Shown in pieces: positions 63,630-64,000 of a stretch of 64,000 bases of DNA (its first letter is position 1; each line of letters begins with the position of its first letter). The stretch covers positions 23,870,001 to 23,934,000 of the forward strand of contig CM106586.1 of assembly GCA_048013815.1 (NCBI GenBank), read 5' to 3'. Origin of the DNA: Setoptus koraiensis (taxonomy: Eukaryota; Animalia; Arthropoda). A program made the position numbers and the translations under genes. The notes under the pieces are model-generated. The model ran no database searches. It was given only the letters and a program-made list of their open reading frames with translations, and was not told the origin of the DNA.

Positions 63630-64000
63630 CTACATTTCGAATGCATTCATAGGGCTGAGTAAATTCAGCACATGAAGAAAACGCATCAATAATTCCACAT
63701 CCTTGTTGTGGGTGAATTTAGTCCCGCAGCTTAATTCTGGGTGGTCTATTTTCTCAAATATTAATTTCCGAAAGTTGCTACGATATATTGACATCTGTCG
63801 TTTCTCAGTTCCTATAACTATTATTATTATAACTAATAGATTAATCTGGAACACAACATTAGTGTTCACTGTCAGTGAGGTAAGAAAAATAAAACCAGGA
63901 TAGACGTAATCTCGTCGGCTCAAATTATGGAAAAATTGAGTGCTATGGGAGAGACTTGTTTCGCTTTTGCAAGAACCTTGAATGATGGCTGCTTGAACCT
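63630..64000 (-). CDS. 3' end of an unidentified protein-coding gene entering from the right edge
   Basis: The frame is open from the window edge: VQAAIIQGSCKSETSLSHSTQFFHNLSRRDYVYPG..TEKRQMSIYRSNFRKLIFEKIDHPELSCG..NAFEM*. It has a probable short in-frame intron (~63810-63895). I do not recognise the family. Confidence 0.55.
   Translation of the reverse strand, partial: VQAAIIQGSCKSETSLSHSTQFFHNLSRRDYVYPGFIFLTSLTVNTNVVFQINLLVIIIIVIGTEKRQMSIYRSNFRKLIFEKIDHPELSCGTKFTHNKDVELLMRFLHVLNLLSPMNAFEM

Overview
AT-rich eukaryotic nuclear DNA from a compact, intron-poor animal genome. The gene set and structure suggest a small arthropod, probably an acariform or eriophyoid-type mite (inference). No prokaryotic features, CRISPR arrays, intact transposons, tRNAs or rRNA genes could be supported. 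Recognisable genes in order: YME1L (5' part, runs off the edge), a 5-exon secreted M28 metallopeptidase, ACOX3, two tandem ELOVL elongases separated by a decayed RhoGEF copy, RhoGEF2/PDZ-RhoGEF, ZC3H18, TIM17, THOC7, eIF1A, a KChIP-like EF-hand gene, the 3' part of an SLC6 transporter, a CRAL-TRIO protein, RFC5, UXS1, ICA69, syntaxin-1A, and the 3' end of an unidentified gene. About 41.5-50.7 kb looks like error-rich gap-fill next to a 500-N gap, and it contains a corrupted SLC6 TM1 signature. The leading leads are: a GC-rich, helix-dense candidate structured RNA beside the eIF1A promoter (34.0-35.0 kb); gene conversion between the elongases; an unannotated small spliced secreted-peptide candidate (13.6-14.0 kb); a RhoGEF2 lacking its RGS-like domain; a Cys/Gly insertion in the KChIP EF1 loop; and a ~54-aa repeat in the ICA69 tail. 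No clearly novel multi-gene system can be demonstrated from sequence alone.
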